From IMG/VR virus record IMGVR_UViG_2802429225_000004: a stretch of 44,726 nt of DNA, one strand, 5' to 3'. This document shows, in pieces, positions 8,175-17,203 of the stretch; the stretch's first letter is position 1; every line of letters starts with the position of its first letter. This DNA comes from a virus (lineage: Duplodnaviria > Heunggongvirae > Uroviricota > Caudoviricetes). The position numbers and the translations under genes are program-made. A model generated the notes under the pieces. It was not told where the DNA came from, did not search any database, and was given only the letters and a program-made list of their open reading frames with translations.

Positions 8175-9186
8175 AAAGGTGAAAACCGGCAGTTCATCCA
8201 GTAAGTCAGTATTGACCTGGCTTGCTGATATGTGCGGTGCCGATTTGTGTGCATACCCGTCTGTATCTGCCCTGGCAGAAGTAACGGAACTGAACAAAAA
8301 GACTGTGCAGGACAGCTTACGACACCTGATGGAGATTGGGTTAATTGTTGATACCGGTGAGAGAAAAGGCAGAACAAAGCAAATTGTGGTGTACCGACTT
8401 ATCGGTGTAGAAGAAAGTGTTGCCGAGCCTGAATACACCCAAAAACGGGAGTCTTTAAAGGTGGGTAAAATTGGTGCTGTTAATAAAAACAGTACCGAAA
8501 ATGGTTATGTTTCAGCACAAAACAGCCCCAAAAACGGAACTCTTAACTGCATGGAAAATAACCAAAGACACCCAAATTTTCCATCAAAGACACCCAAAAA
8601 CGGATCACGGAACCCAAAGGAACCCAAAGATCTAACCCCCACACATAACGCACGCGAGAGTGCTCCGACCAGTGAGCAGGAAGTTTTGTCGTTACAGGCA
8701 GCACCCCCTGTATTCCTGGATGGCCTGAGCGAACCCATCGGAAAATTTCCGATGACCGATAGCTGGTATCCGTCACGGGATTTTCGACGACGGGCTGCGT
8801 TGTGGGGGATGGCTTTGCCGGAGACAGAATTTACACCTGCTGAACTTGCCGCCTTCCGGGACTACTGGGCAGCGGAGGGGAAAGTATTTACGCAGATTCA
8901 GTGGGAGCAGAAATTCGCCCGTCACGTAAATCACGTCAGGGCGCAGGTTAAACCAGTCAGCAAGGGGGTAAACCATGCAGCAACGCCAGGTGGCACCGCA
9001 TCACGGGCAGTTCAGGAAATTCGGGCAGCACGTGAGCAGTGGGAACGTGAAAACGGATTTATCCGCGACGGAAACGGCGTGGAAGTTGTGGGAACTCATG
9101 GGGGAGGTTTATTCGAACCGCTGGACCCAGAAGAACGGGGCCGCACCTTCGAAGCTCTGGATTGCACAGATTGGCGCGATGACTGA
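8146..9186 (+). CDS. Replication initiation protein (O-like, N-terminal HTH)
   Basis: ORF with N-terminal winged-helix-like segment MSIDALRWAKKV...; position after cro/cII region; start chosen at internal ATG, true start uncertain. Confidence 0.55.
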   Translation: MSIDALRWAKKVKTGSSSSKSVLTWLADMCGADLCAYPSVSALAEVTELNKKTVQDSLRHLMEIGLIVDTGERKGRTKQIVVYRLIGVEESVAEPEYTQKRESLKVGKIGAVNKNSTENGYVSAQNSPKNGTLNCMENNQRHPNFPSKTPKNGSRNPKEPKDLTPTHNARESAPTSEQEVLSLQAAPPVFLDGLSEPIGKFPMTDSWYPSRDFRRRAALWGMALPETEFTPAELAAFRDYWAAEGKVFTQIQWEQKFARHVNHVRAQVKPVSKGVNHAATPGGTASRAVQEIRAAREQWERENGFIRDGNGVEVVGTHGGGLFEPLDPEERGRTFEALDCTDWRDD

Positions 9187-9640
9187 GCAGCAAATCCGGC
9201 AGGTCTGCCGCCAGTGCATGGATCGCTGCCGGGCGGGTGAAACATGGCCTCCGGACCTGGCTGAGTTTGTGGCGCTGATTTTGGAGAGTGGGGCAAATCC
9301 ATTTGGTCTGACGGTGGATGCTGTGATGGAGGAGTACCGCCGCTGGCGCAATGAGTCCTGGCGATACGACGGAAGCGATAAATATCCGTGGCCTCAGCCT
9401 GTGCTGTATCACATTTGTCTCGAGATGCGTTCAAAGGGGATTGAGCGGCAGATGACCGAAGGGGAGTTAAAACGGCTTGCAGAACGGCAACTGACGAAAT
9501 GGGCAAAGCATGTTAGTAACGGCCTGAGCGTTCCGCCAGTCCGGCGACAACTGGCGGCACCCAAACGCCCGTCGGGGCCAACACCAATTGAGTTGCTGAA
9601 ACGGGAGTATGAACGCCGGAAGGCAGCTGGTTTTGTATGA
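9098..9640 (+). CDS. Replication protein P-like (helicase loader family)
   Basis: Central region resembles remembered lambda P segment; overlaps O-like gene end; start codon ambiguous (ORF opens at 8975, alternative ATG at 9179). Confidence 0.45.
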   Translation: MGEVYSNRWTQKNGAAPSKLWIAQIGAMTEQQIRQVCRQCMDRCRAGETWPPDLAEFVALILESGANPFGLTVDAVMEEYRRWRNESWRYDGSDKYPWPQPVLYHICLEMRSKGIERQMTEGELKRLAERQLTKWAKHVSNGLSVPPVRRQLAAPKRPSGPTPIELLKREYERRKAAGFV

Positions 9641-10065
9641 ATTGTGAAGGTGATTTTTCAGGAGGGCTTGTGGCAAAAGTTTTTACACCCGAACAGCGGG
9701 AAGAGCTGAAGGCACGAATTATCGGGTTGGTACGCAAAAATGAACGCATGACGATGTCGCAACTGGAGAGAGCGACGGGAGCTGGCTGGCATTCGGTCCG
9801 ACGCTGCCTTGTGGATGTACTGGCTTGTGGTGATTTATACATGTCCGGGGAATACGGTGTTTTTGCATCAGAGCAGGCGTATCGTGAATGGCGTAAGACA
9901 CCGGAGAAAACAACTGACCAGACACTGATTCGAAAGTTACCAGACGGAGAAATACGCCGCTACGACAGACATCTGAACATAATCTGTCGCGAGTGCCGGA
10001 AGAGCGAAGCTATGCAGCGTGTACTGGCTTTCTATCAGGGTAATTTTCAGGAGGCGGTACTGTGA
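9637..10065 (+). CDS. Hypothetical protein
   Basis: 142-aa ORF with ATGA overlap to upstream gene. Confidence 0.4.
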   Translation: MNCEGDFSGGLVAKVFTPEQREELKARIIGLVRKNERMTMSQLERATGAGWHSVRRCLVDVLACGDLYMSGEYGVFASEQAYREWRKTPEKTTDQTLIRKLPDGEIRRYDRHLNIICRECRKSEAMQRVLAFYQGNFQEAVL

Positions 10066-10122
10066 GTGAAATTAGCTATCAGGTTTCAATTACCGCTGGC
10101 ATTCGCATCAAAGGAGAGGAGC

Positions 10123-10479
10123 ATGGAAATAAAACCAGAAGATGAGTTAAGCAATATCGTTTTATTTCCGGTAAAAGAGGATGACCCACGTAATCAAGTT
10201 AATTTTCTTTATGAGCCATCGGAAAGACCATATTGCCATCACGCCTCTGTCCGGGTTGACGAAAAAGAGCGTCAGGTCCGCTGTAAAATCTGCGGTGCAG
10301 TTGTGGAGCCATTTGACTGGATGCTCTCTGTGGCTAAAAGAGAAACCAGGCTGGCAGATGATGTAAGGTTATTGCGCCAGGAGGAACAGGAACGGCGGAA
10401 AAATATAGAAAAGCTAATTCAGATTGAGCGTAACGCGAAAGTGCGGATACGCAGGGCGACAAAATCAAGAACTGAATAA
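10123..10479 (+). CDS. Hypothetical protein with CHH...CxxC zinc-ribbon-like motif
   Basis: Internal ATG with AAGGAGAGGA RBS; 118 aa. Confidence 0.4.
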   Translation: MEIKPEDELSNIVLFPVKEDDPRNQVNFLYEPSERPYCHHASVRVDEKERQVRCKICGAVVEPFDWMLSVAKRETRLADDVRLLRQEEQERRKNIEKLIQIERNAKVRIRRATKSRTE

Positions 10480-10641
10480 TTAAATTTAGCACTGTTAAAA
10501 ATTTAATCCTTAACCGGAGGGATTCCTGCACCCTCAGAACATCAGGAGGCCGCCCGAAAGGGCGGTAATAAAAATGGCAGAATTAACTAAAGAATGGTTG
10601 CAACAAACAATTACTGATATTCAGGTCAGTTGAGGTGAGAA

Positions 10642-10812
10642 ATGCGAATGGAAAATTGTTTATTGCCGTATCTGGTGCGGTTTTGGGCGTCGTCATTAAC
10701 AGTTATTCCACATGTCATGATGGCTGACAATATTATCCCGGCACCAAAGCGCCATACCGGTATTGCAGCGGCACGACGTGCAGCAAAGAAACGCAGGAGA
10801 TCAAAGCGATGA
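10642..10812 (+). CDS. Small hypothetical protein (56 aa)
   Basis: Manually translated small ORF in AT-rich moron segment; overlaps next ORF start. Confidence 0.25.
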   Translation: MRMENCLLPYLVRFWASSLTVIPHVMMADNIIPAPKRHTGIAAARRAAKKRRRSKR

Positions 10813-11006
10813 AAAACCGTAAAGCAAAACTGCTTACTGCAAAGCCCGGGCAGCTTATCCGCATCTCAAATCGACTTGTTGTTCGTTATGCGCCTTCTGG
10901 CCTTGCCAGGTGGTTACCAACGCATTTTTACAGTGTCAGGCGACGTAGAAGTGCGGCACAAAACCGCTGGAGAAATCACGGTTCTAAGCAAATTAAATGG
11001 GAGTGA
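10809..11006 (+). CDS. Small basic hypothetical protein (65 aa)
   Basis: ORF-track ORF; Arg-rich C-terminus. Confidence 0.3.
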   Translation: MKNRKAKLLTAKPGQLIRISNRLVVRYAPSGLARWLPTHFYSVRRRRSAAQNRWRNHGSKQIKWE

Positions 11007-11007
11007 T

Positions 11008-11226
11008 ATGACTACACTATTCAGGAAAAATTATCCGCGAAAGAGCAGAGCAACAGAATTCCTGTTTCTCATTCTGTTTATCGTGTTGATGATACCGATA
11101 TCCCCGTTAATTCTGGTATGGGGAATCGGCAAAATAATTGAGCCAGTTATTGAATTGTATAACGACGTGGTATGGGCGTCGTTCAACACACTACACAATA
11201 AAATTAATCCATATAAGGAAAACTGA
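11008..11226 (+). CDS. Small membrane protein (72 aa)
   Basis: Internal ATG with RBS; strongly hydrophobic segment FLFLILFIVLMIPISPLILVWGIG. Confidence 0.4.
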   Translation: MTTLFRKNYPRKSRATEFLFLILFIVLMIPISPLILVWGIGKIIEPVIELYNDVVWASFNTLHNKINPYKEN

Positions 11227-11227
11227 A

Positions 11228-11665
11228 ATGACTGAATTAACCAAAGAACAATTAATCGAAGAAGCTAAATTAAAAATAGCGATTGCGAAATGCCACCCAA
11301 ATTCAGGGATGGCACAGGTAGAGGGTGAGTTATTCAAAATTGCACTGGCATCGCTGGAAGCAGAGCCGGTGGCATGGAAGGTGACTTTCACTCGAATTGA
11401 CAATGAGTTTGATACGTTTACGGTTACGTATTCTGACAAAGCAGAAGTTGAACAGTATGTGCGATTGTATGAGACGTGTGGTCTTCGGGCAGATATAACA
11501 CCGCTTTATACAGCCCAACCAGCGCCGGTAGCTCCAGATGGTTGGATAAGCTGTAGTGATGCAGTTCCTGCGGAATACTGCGATGTGATTCTTCGCGATG
11601 ATCTCGGGAATGTATTCCCCGGTTCCTGGGATAAGGTTTTTTTGCCCCATTCGTGGCGGGAATAA
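11228..11665 (+). CDS. Hypothetical protein (possibly DUF551-like)
   Basis: 145-aa product from internal ATG MTELTKEQ...; a following 29-codon ORF (11666-11755) ends in HWMPLPEPP, a tail motif I associate with DUF551 proteins. Confidence 0.4.
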   Translation: MTELTKEQLIEEAKLKIAIAKCHPNSGMAQVEGELFKIALASLEAEPVAWKVTFTRIDNEFDTFTVTYSDKAEVEQYVRLYETCGLRADITPLYTAQPAPVAPDGWISCSDAVPAEYCDVILRDDLGNVFPGSWDKVFLPHSWRE

Positions 11666-11949
11666 GATGGCTTTTGTGGACAAAGACGGCATCGAAGTAG
11701 AGAGCTCAACTCACTGGATGCCGCTACCGGAACCACCGCAGGAGGTGAATCAATGACCTGGCCTGAGGCATTCACCACGGTAGGAATTGCACTGGCGGTG
11801 GCGCTGGTGGTGTATTCGATTTGCCGCTGGGGATAAAAACGATTTGCGGGAAAAGGATAGTTAAGTAGAATGGCTGCGGGTGCTTGAGGCTATCTGTCTC
11901 AGGCATGAACACCAACGGCAGATAGAGAAAAGCCCCAGTTAACATTACG

Positions 11950-12020
11950 CGTCCTGCAAGACGCTTAACATTAATCTGAGGCCATATCTATGACTTGCAC
12001 ACGTAGGTTAGCCTCTTACG
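11950..12020 (-). ncRNA. Putative Sok-type antisense RNA region of the hok locus
   Basis: Inferred from the canonical hok/mok/sok organisation only; boundaries not resolvable from sequence. Confidence 0.25.
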
Positions 12021-12046
12021 TGCCGAAAGGCAAGGAGAAGCAGGCT

Positions 12047-12202
12047 ATGAAGCAGCAAAAGGCGATGTTAATCGCCCTGATCGTCATCTGTTTAACCGTC
12101 ATAGTGACGGCACTGGTAACGAGGAAAGACCTCTGCGAGGTACGAATCCGAACCGGCCAGACGGAGGTCGCTGTCTTCACAGCTTACGAACCTGAGGAGT
12201 AA
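12047..12202 (+). CDS. hok: Hok-family type I toxin (HokD/RelF-like); overlapping mok frame begins at 11990
   Basis: 51-aa product MKQQKAMLIALIVICLTVIVTALVTRKDLCEVRIRTGQTEVAVFTAYEPEE is a hallmark Hok sequence; upstream overlapping reading frame as in mok. Confidence 0.85.
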   Translation: MKQQKAMLIALIVICLTVIVTALVTRKDLCEVRIRTGQTEVAVFTAYEPEE

Positions 12203-12430
12203 GAGACCCGGCGGGGGAGAAATCCCTCGCCACCCCTGATGTGTCAGGCATCCTCAACGCACCCACACTTAACCTTACTAGCAAGTGGCTTTAATATTAT
12301 TGTAACATTTTCATGCTCGCATGTGTTTTCTGTTGTTATGAATTAGGTACAGGGTTCTTATGCTTCTTTATTGCGATGAGCTTGCAACTGATTGTTAGTT
12401 GCTATTGGTGGGGGAAGGGATATACTTTAA

Positions 12431-12679
12431 ATGAGCAAAAAAGAGAAGTTGAGGTGGCGTCTGAATCAGCTTCCAAAGGATTTTACATGGGATGAACTCG
12501 TGACGTTGCTTGGGCATTATGGTTTCGAAATGCTTACCGGTTCAGGCTCAAGAAGGAAGTTTACCAATGCTAATGGAAGGCTTGTGGCTTTTCATTGCCC
12601 ACATCCTGGCAATATTGTTAAAGGATATGTGCTTAAAGAAGTGAAAAATCTTTTGGATGAGATTGATAGTTATGAGTAA
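12431..12679 (+). CDS. hicA: HicA-family toxin (YcfA-like mRNA interferase)
   Basis: Pattern GSGSRRKF...GRLVAFHCPHPGNIVKGYVLKEVKNLL matches HicA/YcfA family. Confidence 0.7.
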   Translation: MSKKEKLRWRLNQLPKDFTWDELVTLLGHYGFEMLTGSGSRRKFTNANGRLVAFHCPHPGNIVKGYVLKEVKNLLDEIDSYE

Positions 12680-13148
12680 TGTGCTGAGTTATAAAGGTTA
12701 TTTTGGCAGCATTGAGGTTTCACTTGAAGATAACATACTTCATGGGAAAATTCAGTGCGTAAACGATGTTGTAACCTACGAAGCGGAAACACTGGATGGG
12801 TTAAGGGCGGCTTTTGAAGAAGCTGTTACAGATTATCTCGACACATGCAAGCAGTTAGGGAAATCTCCTGATAAACCAATGAGTGGTACTTTTAACATCA
12901 GAATTGGTCGCGATCTTCATAAGAAAGCGTTTTTGGCTGCAATGGCGGATAAGACGACGCTTAATGATTATGTGCGTAAAGCTATCGAAGAAAAGATTGC
13001 TGACAAAAAAGAAGTTCATTCTCATTCGGAAAGCGAAGAAACGACAGATACATTCGTTTGGGAAAAAGCATTCTCTTTTGGTTATGTCATTTCCCCTTCA
13101 GCAAGAACAAAAAAGAAAGAGGCTGGTGAGCGATGGATGCGTCACTGA
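12672..13148 (+). CDS. hicB: HicB-family antitoxin with about 50-aa C-terminal extension
   Basis: N-terminal HicB-like fold segment plus ribbon-helix-helix-like GTFNIRIGRDLHKKAFLAAMADKTTLNDYVRKAIEEKI; start overlaps hicA stop (ATGAGTAA). Confidence 0.65.
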   Translation: MSNVLSYKGYFGSIEVSLEDNILHGKIQCVNDVVTYEAETLDGLRAAFEEAVTDYLDTCKQLGKSPDKPMSGTFNIRIGRDLHKKAFLAAMADKTTLNDYVRKAIEEKIADKKEVHSHSESEETTDTFVWEKAFSFGYVISPSARTKKKEAGERWMRH

Positions 13149-13561
13149 TGTTACAAAATATTAAGTATGCTGGTTTCGATATTGTTTCCAGTAGTTTCAA
13201 GGATAACACTAGTGATGATGGAGGGTTTTTTAAGGTCTCGATCGAGGAAGTTAAATTTTCTTCGGGGCGCGATGATGATGGTACTTGTTGGTTCCGGATT
13301 GGATTTTCGCCATCGATAAAAGGGTATCCCGATAGAGATGGTGCCGGGGATGAAGAACCCTCTTTTGAGCTAAAGATGGAGCTGATTACGGACTTTGATA
13401 TCATGAATGGAGAGTTGATCGATGAAAAATTCTTTGTGAAAAATTCATGGTATTTTGAGAATTTCATGTCGTTGACGTTAAAATTGGCGGTGGACTCTGT
13501 TCTTAAGCACACGTCGTTAAGCGATATTTATTTCCCCTGGTATTCGCCGGACTCAGCTTAA
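13148..13561 (+). CDS. Hypothetical acidic protein translationally coupled to hicB
   Basis: ATG overlaps hicB TGA by 1 nt (TGATG); 137 aa, D/E-rich, no recognisable domain. Confidence 0.45.
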   Translation: MLQNIKYAGFDIVSSSFKDNTSDDGGFFKVSIEEVKFSSGRDDDGTCWFRIGFSPSIKGYPDRDGAGDEEPSFELKMELITDFDIMNGELIDEKFFVKNSWYFENFMSLTLKLAVDSVLKHTSLSDIYFPWYSPDSA

Positions 13562-13666
13562 TAATCAAGCCCGCCGATGTGGGCTTTGTGTTATTCCTGT
13601 GTTCTGGTTTACAATTCACATGCCAGCCTGAACAACTGGCACCTGCTGCGCCAGCAGAGAAAACAG

Positions 13667-13939
13667 ATGGCGCACAAGACCAAATTACACAATTCTGATA
13701 CCGATCGTGCCAGCAGGCACGATCGGCGTTCTCATGCATTCAAATATGACTGGTACCAGCATGACCCATGCACTGCAGAACAGGCCGAATGGCTGATTCA
13801 TAACTACCGCAGACGTGGATACGAGATTAAGAAAGCCCTCAGCCTCGATTATCGTCACTGGATAATCTACGTCAGGCTGCCGTACTCCGAGCGCCCACCG
13901 CGTCCGTCCCGCACATTCCAGCAACGCATCTGGAGGTAA
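13667..13939 (+). CDS. Hypothetical protein
   Basis: Internal ATG of 120-aa track ORF; about 90 aa. Confidence 0.35.
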   Translation: MAHKTKLHNSDTDRASRHDRRSHAFKYDWYQHDPCTAEQAEWLIHNYRRRGYEIKKALSLDYRHWIIYVRLPYSERPPRPSRTFQQRIWR

Positions 13940-13940
13940 C

Positions 13941-14996
13941 GTGAGGGTATTAGTGACTCCTGAAATTGCTCACCGCCTGGGGATTGTACTTTTCAGGCCC
14001 GGTCCTGATGCGATGCCTTTGTTTATGCAGGGGCGTGTGCTGGTGGAGCCTGAACCGAAAAGCATGCGCGGGCTGCCGTCCGGAGTTGCTCCTGCCGTTC
14101 GCCAGCCGTTGGCGGAGGATAAATCATTACTGCCATTTTTCAGCGATGAGCGGGTGATTCGTGCTGCCGGCGGCGCTGGTGCACTGTCTGACTGGCTCCT
14201 GCGTCATGTTAAATCCTGCCAGTGGCCTCATGGTGACTACCATCACAGCGAAACCGTCATACATCGTTACGGTACCGGCGCGATGGTGTTGTGCTGGCAC
14301 TGCGACAACCAACTGCGTGACCAGACCTCAGAATCACTTGAGCAACTTGCTCAACAAAACCTGACAGCATGGATGATTGACGTCATCCGTCACGCAATAA
14401 GCGGTGCGCAGGAGCGGGAATTATCGCTGGCTGAATTATCTTGGTGGGCGGTCTGCAATCAGGTGGCGGACGCACTACCGGAGGCAGTATTACGTCGCTC
14501 TCTGGGGGTACGAGAGGAAAAAATCCGCTCTGTGTACCGCGAAAGCGACATCATACCGGGAGAACAGACCGCCACCAGTATACTGAAGCAGCGTACAAAA
14601 AATATTGCGCTACCGCCTCACGTCCACCAGCACCAGCAACAGAACCCACCACAGGAAAAGACAGTGGTCAGCATTGCCGTTGATCCGGAGTCTCCGGAAT
14701 CTTTCATGAAACGACCTAAACGTCGCCGCTGGGTTAACGAGAAATACACGCGCTGGGTAAAGACACAGCCGTGCGCGTGTTGTGGTAAGCCAGCCGACGA
14801 TCCCCATCACCTGATTGGTCATGGTCAGGGCGGAATGGGAACAAAATCCCACGATATTTTCACACTACCGCTGTGTCGGGAGCATCACAACGAGCTTCAT
14901 GCGGATCCGCTGGCGTTCGAAGAAAAGCATGGTTCCCAGGTTGATTTAATTTTTCGTTTTCTTGATCACGCCTTTGCAACCGGCGTGCTCGGGTAA
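13941..14996 (+). CDS. DUF968-family protein (YdfU-like) with Cys/His-rich C-terminal putative metal-binding nuclease-like region
   Basis: 351-aa ORF; C-terminal CACCGK...DDPHHLIGHGQGGMGTK...LCREHHNELH; nin-region synteny before rusA. Confidence 0.55.
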   Translation: MRVLVTPEIAHRLGIVLFRPGPDAMPLFMQGRVLVEPEPKSMRGLPSGVAPAVRQPLAEDKSLLPFFSDERVIRAAGGAGALSDWLLRHVKSCQWPHGDYHHSETVIHRYGTGAMVLCWHCDNQLRDQTSESLEQLAQQNLTAWMIDVIRHAISGAQERELSLAELSWWAVCNQVADALPEAVLRRSLGVREEKIRSVYRESDIIPGEQTATSILKQRTKNIALPPHVHQHQQQNPPQEKTVVSIAVDPESPESFMKRPKRRRWVNEKYTRWVKTQPCACCGKPADDPHHLIGHGQGGMGTKSHDIFTLPLCREHHNELHADPLAFEEKHGSQVDLIFRFLDHAFATGVLG

Positions 14997-15008
14997 AAGA
15001 GGTTACTG

Positions 15009-15368
15009 ATGCGTATAGAGTTTGTTTTGCCTTACCCACCGACGGTGAACACCTACTGGCGACGTCGTGGCAGCACATATTTTGTATCAAAAGCCGGTGA
15101 GCGTTATCGCCGGGATGTGGCACTTATTGTTCGCCAGCAGCGACTGAAATTAAACCTGTCCGGAAGGCTGGCGATAAAGATTATTGCAGAGCCACCGGAT
15201 AAGCGCCGTCGTGACTTGGACAATATCCTGAAAGCACTACTGGATGCGCTGACGCATGCGGGACTACTCATAGACGACGAGCAGTTTGATGAAATTAATA
15301 TTGTGCGCGGTCTGCCTGTTCCTGGTGGTCGGTTGGGGATAAAAATCACAGAACTGGAGTGCGCATGA
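15009..15368 (+). CDS. rusA: RusA Holliday-junction resolvase
   Basis: 119 aa; conserved RusA pattern DKRRRDLDNILKALLDALTHAGLLIDDEQ...GGRLGIKITE. Confidence 0.8.
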   Translation: MRIEFVLPYPPTVNTYWRRRGSTYFVSKAGERYRRDVALIVRQQRLKLNLSGRLAIKIIAEPPDKRRRDLDNILKALLDALTHAGLLIDDEQFDEINIVRGLPVPGGRLGIKITELECA

Positions 15369-16054
15369 ATAACCAGTATTTACAGTTTGTTCGTGAGCAG
15401 CTCATTATCGCCACCGCCGATTTGAGTGGGGCAACAAAAGGCCAGCTTGAAGCCTGGCTGGAGAATGCCATGTTCGATACAGGGCGTTACAGGCGTAAAA
15501 AAATCCGGTACCGCGATGAAGTGACTGGAAAAATGGTCACGCGGGATAATCCACCAATCCCGGGGAAACAATCGCTGGCAAAGGGGACGTCAATTCCTCT
15601 GGTAAGTCAGGTTGAGTTTTCGACATCATCATGGCGACGGGCAGTTCTGTCTCTTGAAGAGCACCATAAAGCCTGGTTGCTGTGGTGTTACAGCGGCAGC
15701 ATTTGCTGGGAACACCAGATTGCGATAACACAGTGGGTGTGGAATGAATTTAACGCCCAATCCGGTACCAGAAAAATTGCAGGGAAAACGCTGGAGCGCC
15801 TGAAAAAATTAATCTGGCTGGCGGCACAGGATGTGAAGAGTGAGCTGGCTGGGCGTGAAACTTATGAATATCAGGAACTGGCATTACTGGCGGGAGTAAC
15901 AACAAAAAACTGGTCCAAAACATTTACTGGTCACTGGGTTGCAATGAAACACATTTTCCACCGTCTGGATAGTGAGGCTTTATTGTTTGTGATGAGAACA
16001 CGCTCAGAACAAAAGGCGGCATTTTCAAAGCAAAGTGTTGCAAAAGTAGATTAA
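15365..16054 (+). CDS. Late-gene antiterminator Q-like protein
   Basis: Position immediately after rusA and before tR'/tRNAs/lysis; ATG overlaps rusA stop (ATGA); family assignment by synteny. Confidence 0.5.
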   Translation: MNNQYLQFVREQLIIATADLSGATKGQLEAWLENAMFDTGRYRRKKIRYRDEVTGKMVTRDNPPIPGKQSLAKGTSIPLVSQVEFSTSSWRRAVLSLEEHHKAWLLWCYSGSICWEHQIAITQWVWNEFNAQSGTRKIAGKTLERLKKLIWLAAQDVKSELAGRETYEYQELALLAGVTTKNWSKTFTGHWVAMKHIFHRLDSEALLFVMRTRSEQKAAFSKQSVAKVD

Positions 16055-16120
16055 AAGGCATATATTTCGTGCAAATCTGATATTTTGCCGATTTTGTACA
16101 TGATGGCAAAGCAAGCAAAA

Positions 16121-16143
16121 CCCGCTGCCGAGCGGGTTTTTTT
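16121..16143 (+). terminator. Rho-independent terminator (tR'-like) downstream of Q
   Basis: Hairpin CCCGCT-GCCG-AGCGGG followed by T7. Confidence 0.6.
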
Positions 16144-16379
16144 ATGTCCGCAAAATGGTGTGGAAGAAAAAATTAATCAGATTGTAACTGAGATAAAAAA
16201 CAATCGTTAAATATGCATTTAATAATTTCTTTATTTCATAAAAAATAAAAACATATATGTATATTTACAAATCTTGATGTGATTTTCCATTGAAAAGAGA
16301 GCTGGTATTATTAATATCGGTCTCCGGTTCCGAAGGGGATGTAAAGCGCGGTCATTTTTATTTCTCTTGAGGAACCAGT

Positions 16380-16455
<76 letters not shown>

Positions 16456-16458
16456 TAT

Positions 16459-16533
<75 letters not shown>

Positions 16534-16802
16534 TAGTAGTAAGGCGAGATTGTGTTATGCACTGACACATTATATATGTGGGGATGGTTTTTGGCCTCTT
16601 TATCCACGTCCCGTTCTGTAATGAGTGATACCAATTGCAGTCCAGTGCTATTTTTTTACACCATCGGAATGGTGCATCATTGGTAGAGATTTGCAATATC
16701 TCTGGCAGGGTCGGTGATGCATCATCCCGATGTTGTAAACATCGCTAAACGTGACATTGAGATTAATCATATACTAATCAAAATCTGGTAATACATCCTT
16801 AA

Positions 16803-16827
16803 CCGCCGTACCAGGCGGTTTTTTTTA
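16803..16827 (+). terminator. Rho-independent terminator
   Basis: CCGCC-GTACCA-GGCGG hairpin followed by T8. Confidence 0.5.
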
Positions 16828-17203
16828 TTCCTGCATCAAACAAAAAAATACACGAGCATCCTGGAATACTCGTGGGACAAAGTCCTTTAGATAGCAATTT
16901 GCGAGAGGGTGAAAAAATGGCGCGGCTGTCGGATTAAAGCCGCGGGACAAAGTCCATGAAGAATAATAAGTATCAGCCTCCTACAGGAGACGAGTTGATA
17001 TTACTAAGCTTTAAAAATGGTTTAAATCCTCAGATTAACCTTAATTTCAGGTAAGTCTTATTTCATTTCTTCGCGCCGCGCCCGGCGCACATCAAAAACC
17101 ACAGAGCCTTTCAGGGGTGAGCTTACGGGATGGTCAGTGTGACTTTCTCTGTGGGCTGGTCACCCTCCGGGCGCAGGCTCACCCACTAAAAGGAAAAGTC
17201 ACG

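Noticed and set aside
8975-9640. Full 221-aa ORF as the replication P-like protein
   Set aside because: The first 70 codons overlap the O-like gene in another frame and translate to a low-complexity basic peptide; an internal start (9098 or 9179) is more plausible, though the exact start remains unresolved
16534-16700. Possible third tRNA or tRNA fragment downstream of tRNA-Gly
   Set aside because: No acceptable cloverleaf (acceptor stem plus T-loop GTTCGAnTC) could be folded by eye; region appears to be spacer leading to a terminator
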